From positions 1-43,953 of the forward strand of contig JAJKHX010000321.1 in NCBI GenBank assembly GCA_021154785.1: a stretch of DNA of 43,953 bases, read 5' to 3'. The DNA comes from Nocardiopsis sp. Its GTDB lineage: Bacteria > Actinomycetota > Actinomycetes > Streptosporangiales > Streptosporangiaceae. Position numbers and translations under genes: made by a program. Below are positions 41,938-43,953 of this stretch, piece by piece. The notes under the pieces were generated by a model. The model did no database searches and was not told where the DNA came from. It saw only the letters and a list, made by a program, of their open reading frames with translations. Position 1 is the stretch's first letter. Every line of letters starts with the position of its first letter.

Positions 41938-43953
41938 ATGCCTCTCGCCCCGCCTCTCCGCCTGCTGACCCGCGCGCTAGCCGGCGCGTCACTGGTCCTC
42001 ACCGCGCTCGTCCCGCTCGTCCAGGCCCCGACCGCATCGGCCGCTACCTGTGGGACCACCAACATCGCCCAGGGCAAGACCGCCACGGCCTCCTCGACCG
42101 AGAACGCGAGCTTCCCCGCCTCCAACGCCGTCGACGGCAATACCGGCACCCGCTGGTCCAGCGCCTTCTCCGACCCCCAGTGGCTGGAAGTCGACCTGGG
42201 CAGCAGCCAGTCGATCTGCCAGGTCGGCCTGCAATGGGAAGCCGCCTACGCGACCGCGTTCCAGATCCAGACCTCCACCGATAACGCGACCTGGACCACG
42301 GTCTTCTCCACCACCACCGGCACCGGCGGTACCCAGACCCTCAACGTCACCGGCACCGGCCGCTACATCCGCATGACCGGCACCGCCCGCGCCACCCAGT
42401 ACGGCTACAGCCTCTTCGAGTTCAAGGTCTTCAGCTCCACGACCACCACCGGCCCCGGCTGCACCGGCCAGTCCAACACGCCCAACTTCGGACCGAACGT
42501 CGATATCTTCAACCCCAGCATGTCCAGCGCGAGCATCCAGTCCACGCTCGACTCGGTGTTCAACACCCAGAAGCTCAACCAGTTCGGCACCCAGCGGTTC
42601 GCGCTGCTGTTCAAGCCGGGCACCTATAGCGCCGAAGCCAACATCGGCTACTACACCTCGATCCAGGGCCTGGGGCAGAACCCCGATGACGTCACCATCA
42701 ACGGCGACGTGACCGTCGACGCGTTCGACGGCACCGGCAACGCCACCCAGAACTTCTGGCGGTCGGCCGAGAACCTGGCCGTCAACCCGTCGGCCGGGAA
42801 TGACCGCTGGGCCGTGGCCCAGGCCGGGCCGTTCCGCCGGGTCGACGTGCACGGCGGCCTGCAACTGGCCCCGGCCAGCAACGGCTTCGCCAGCGGCGGC
42901 TACATCGCCGACACCAAGGTCTCCGGGCAGGTCTCGAGCGTGTCGCAGCAGCAGTGGTACTCCGCCGACAGCAACTTCGGCAGCTGGAGCGGCTCGGTCT
43001 GGAACATGGTGTTCTCCGGCGTGACCGGCGCGCCCGCCCAGAGCTTCCCCCGCCCGCCGATGACGACGCTGGCCACCACCCCGACCGCGCGCGACGTCCC
43101 GTACCTGTACGTCGACTCCGCCGGCAGCTACCACGTATTCACGCCGAGCCTGCGGACGAACGCGTCCGGCGCCAGCTGGGCCGGCGGCTCGACCCCCGGC
43201 ACGTCGCTGCCGATGAGCCAGTTCTTCGTGGCGACCCCGTCGAACACCGCCGCGCAGATCAACGCCGCCCTGGCCCAGGGCTGCAACCTGTTCTTCACCC
43301 CGGGGGTCTACAACATCAACCAGACGATCAACGTCACCAACCCGAACACGGTCGTGCTCGGCATCGGCTTCCCGACGCTGATCCCGGTCGGCGGCGTGAA
43401 CACCATGCAGGTCGCCGACGTGAACGGCGTCCGGATCGACGGGCTGCTGTTCGACGCGGGCACGACCAACTCCAACGCCCTGCTGACCGTCGGTACGGCC
43501 GGGTCGACCGCCAGCCACGCCAGCAACCCGATCTCGGTGCAGGACACGTTCTTCCGCATCGGCGGCGACATCGCCGGCAAAGCCACCAGCAGCCTGGTCG
43601 TGAACGCCAGTAACACCCTGGTCGACGACATCTGGGCCTGGCGCGCCGACCACGGCAACTCCGGCACCTTCGGCTGGACCGTCAACACCGCCGCCCACGG
43701 CCTGGTCGTGAACGGCGCCAACGTGCTGGCGACCGGGCTGTTCGTCGAGCACTACCAGAATTACGACGTGCAGTGGAACGGCAACGGCGGCGAGACCATC
43801 TTCTTCCAGAACGAGATGCCCTACGACCCGCCGAACCAGGCCGCCTGGATGAACGGCACCTCCGACGGCTACGCCGCCTACCAGGTAGCCCCGAACGTCA
43901 CCAGCCATACGGCTTACGGCCTCGGCAGCTACTGCTTCTTCAACGTCAACCCG
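41938..43953 (+). CDS. secreted F5/8 type C (discoidin/CBM32) domain protein fused to a beta-helix glycoside-hydrolase-like domain (partial, continues beyond window)
   Basis: It is not in the ORF track because it has no stop in the window. I translated it by hand: the frame is open from ATG 41938 (AGGAG 9 nt upstream) to 43953. It has the signal peptide 'MPLAPPLRLLTRALAGASLVLTALVPLVQAPTASA' and a discoidin domain ('NAVDGNTGTRWSS...WLEVDLG...YIRMTGTARATQYGYSLFEFKVF'). A long domain follows with 'FKPGTY', 'GYYTSIQGLG', 'NFWRSAENL', 'FVEHYQNYDVQWNGNGGETIFFQNEMPYD'. Confidence 0.85.
   Translation, partial: MPLAPPLRLLTRALAGASLVLTALVPLVQAPTASAATCGTTNIAQGKTATASSTENASFPASNAVDGNTGTRWSSAFSDPQWLEVDLGSSQSICQVGLQWEAAYATAFQIQTSTDNATWTTVFSTTTGTGGTQTLNVTGTGRYIRMTGTARATQYGYSLFEFKVFSSTTTTGPGCTGQSNTPNFGPNVDIFNPSMSSASIQSTLDSVFNTQKLNQFGTQRFALLFKPGTYSAEANIGYYTSIQGLGQNPDDVTINGDVTVDAFDGTGNATQNFWRSAENLAVNPSAGNDRWAVAQAGPFRRVDVHGGLQLAPASNGFASGGYIADTKVSGQVSSVSQQQWYSADSNFGSWSGSVWNMVFSGVTGAPAQSFPRPPMTTLATTPTARDVPYLYVDSAGSYHVFTPSLRTNASGASWAGGSTPGTSLPMSQFFVATPSNTAAQINAALAQGCNLFFTPGVYNINQTINVTNPNTVVLGIGFPTLIPVGGVNTMQVADVNGVRIDGLLFDAGTTNSNALLTVGTAGSTASHASNPISVQDTFFRIGGDIAGKATSSLVVNASNTLVDDIWAWRADHGNSGTFGWTVNTAAHGLVVNGANVLATGLFVEHYQNYDVQWNGNGGETIFFQNEMPYDPPNQAAWMNGTSDGYAAYQVAPNVTSHTAYGLGSYCFFNVNP

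Noticed and set aside
41989-43908. 639-aa minus-strand ORF in the supplied track
   Set aside because: Its composition is dominated by G/R/A/V/D/P runs, which is typical of the antisense frame of a GC-rich gene. The plus strand encodes a coherent secreted discoidin-domain protein over the same interval.
1-43953. CRISPR arrays, rRNA genes, insertion sequences, prophage genes
   Set aside because: I saw no regularly spaced direct repeats, no rRNA-like conserved stretches, and no transposase, integrase, capsid or terminase-like translations in any frame I inspected.

Overview
The window is very GC-rich, with G/C dominating third codon positions and long spurious antisense ORFs. This is typical of an actinomycete chromosome, Streptomyces/Frankia-like by eye.

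I call about 38 intact genes, mostly ordinary regulatory, transport and metabolic functions:
- Transport: two DHA2-type MFS exporters and a LysE/RhtB exporter.
- Regulation: a large LuxR/LAL regulator, two two-component systems, and ECF-sigma, TetR, Crp/Fnr and ROK regulators.
- Enzymes and others: several alpha/beta hydrolases, SDR/epimerase enzymes, two aminotransferases, and a Rieske-protein pair.
- Cell wall: an L,D-transpeptidase and a D,D-carboxypeptidase.
- One tRNA-Val(GAC).
- A secreted discoidin-domain glycosidase-like gene that runs off the 3' end. It is absent from the supplied ORF track.

No transposase, integrase, CRISPR array or rRNA is visible.

Features that stand out:
1. An orphan 639-aa protein (9442..11361). 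I cannot place it in any family. It has a long charged coiled coil and a distinctive C-terminal motif, and sits in an accessory-looking, decaying neighbourhood. It is my best candidate for something undescribed.
2. At least ten gene remnants, most carrying internal deletions that keep both ends of the protein. They are concentrated in 11.4-15.0 kb, where an acyl-CoA ligase, an adenylate kinase and a pyrophosphatase have decayed side by side.
3. An OmpR-type two-component system divergent from a D,D-carboxypeptidase and adjacent to an L,D-transpeptidase. Four TGTnACA heptamers with 11-bp phasing lie in the shared promoter region.
4. A co-directional aminotransferase / DUF1684 / hydroxypyruvate-isomerase-like / F420-LLM cluster.
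5. Several strong hairpins and repeats in intergenic DNA.

All family assignments come from motif recognition by eye. No searches were run.
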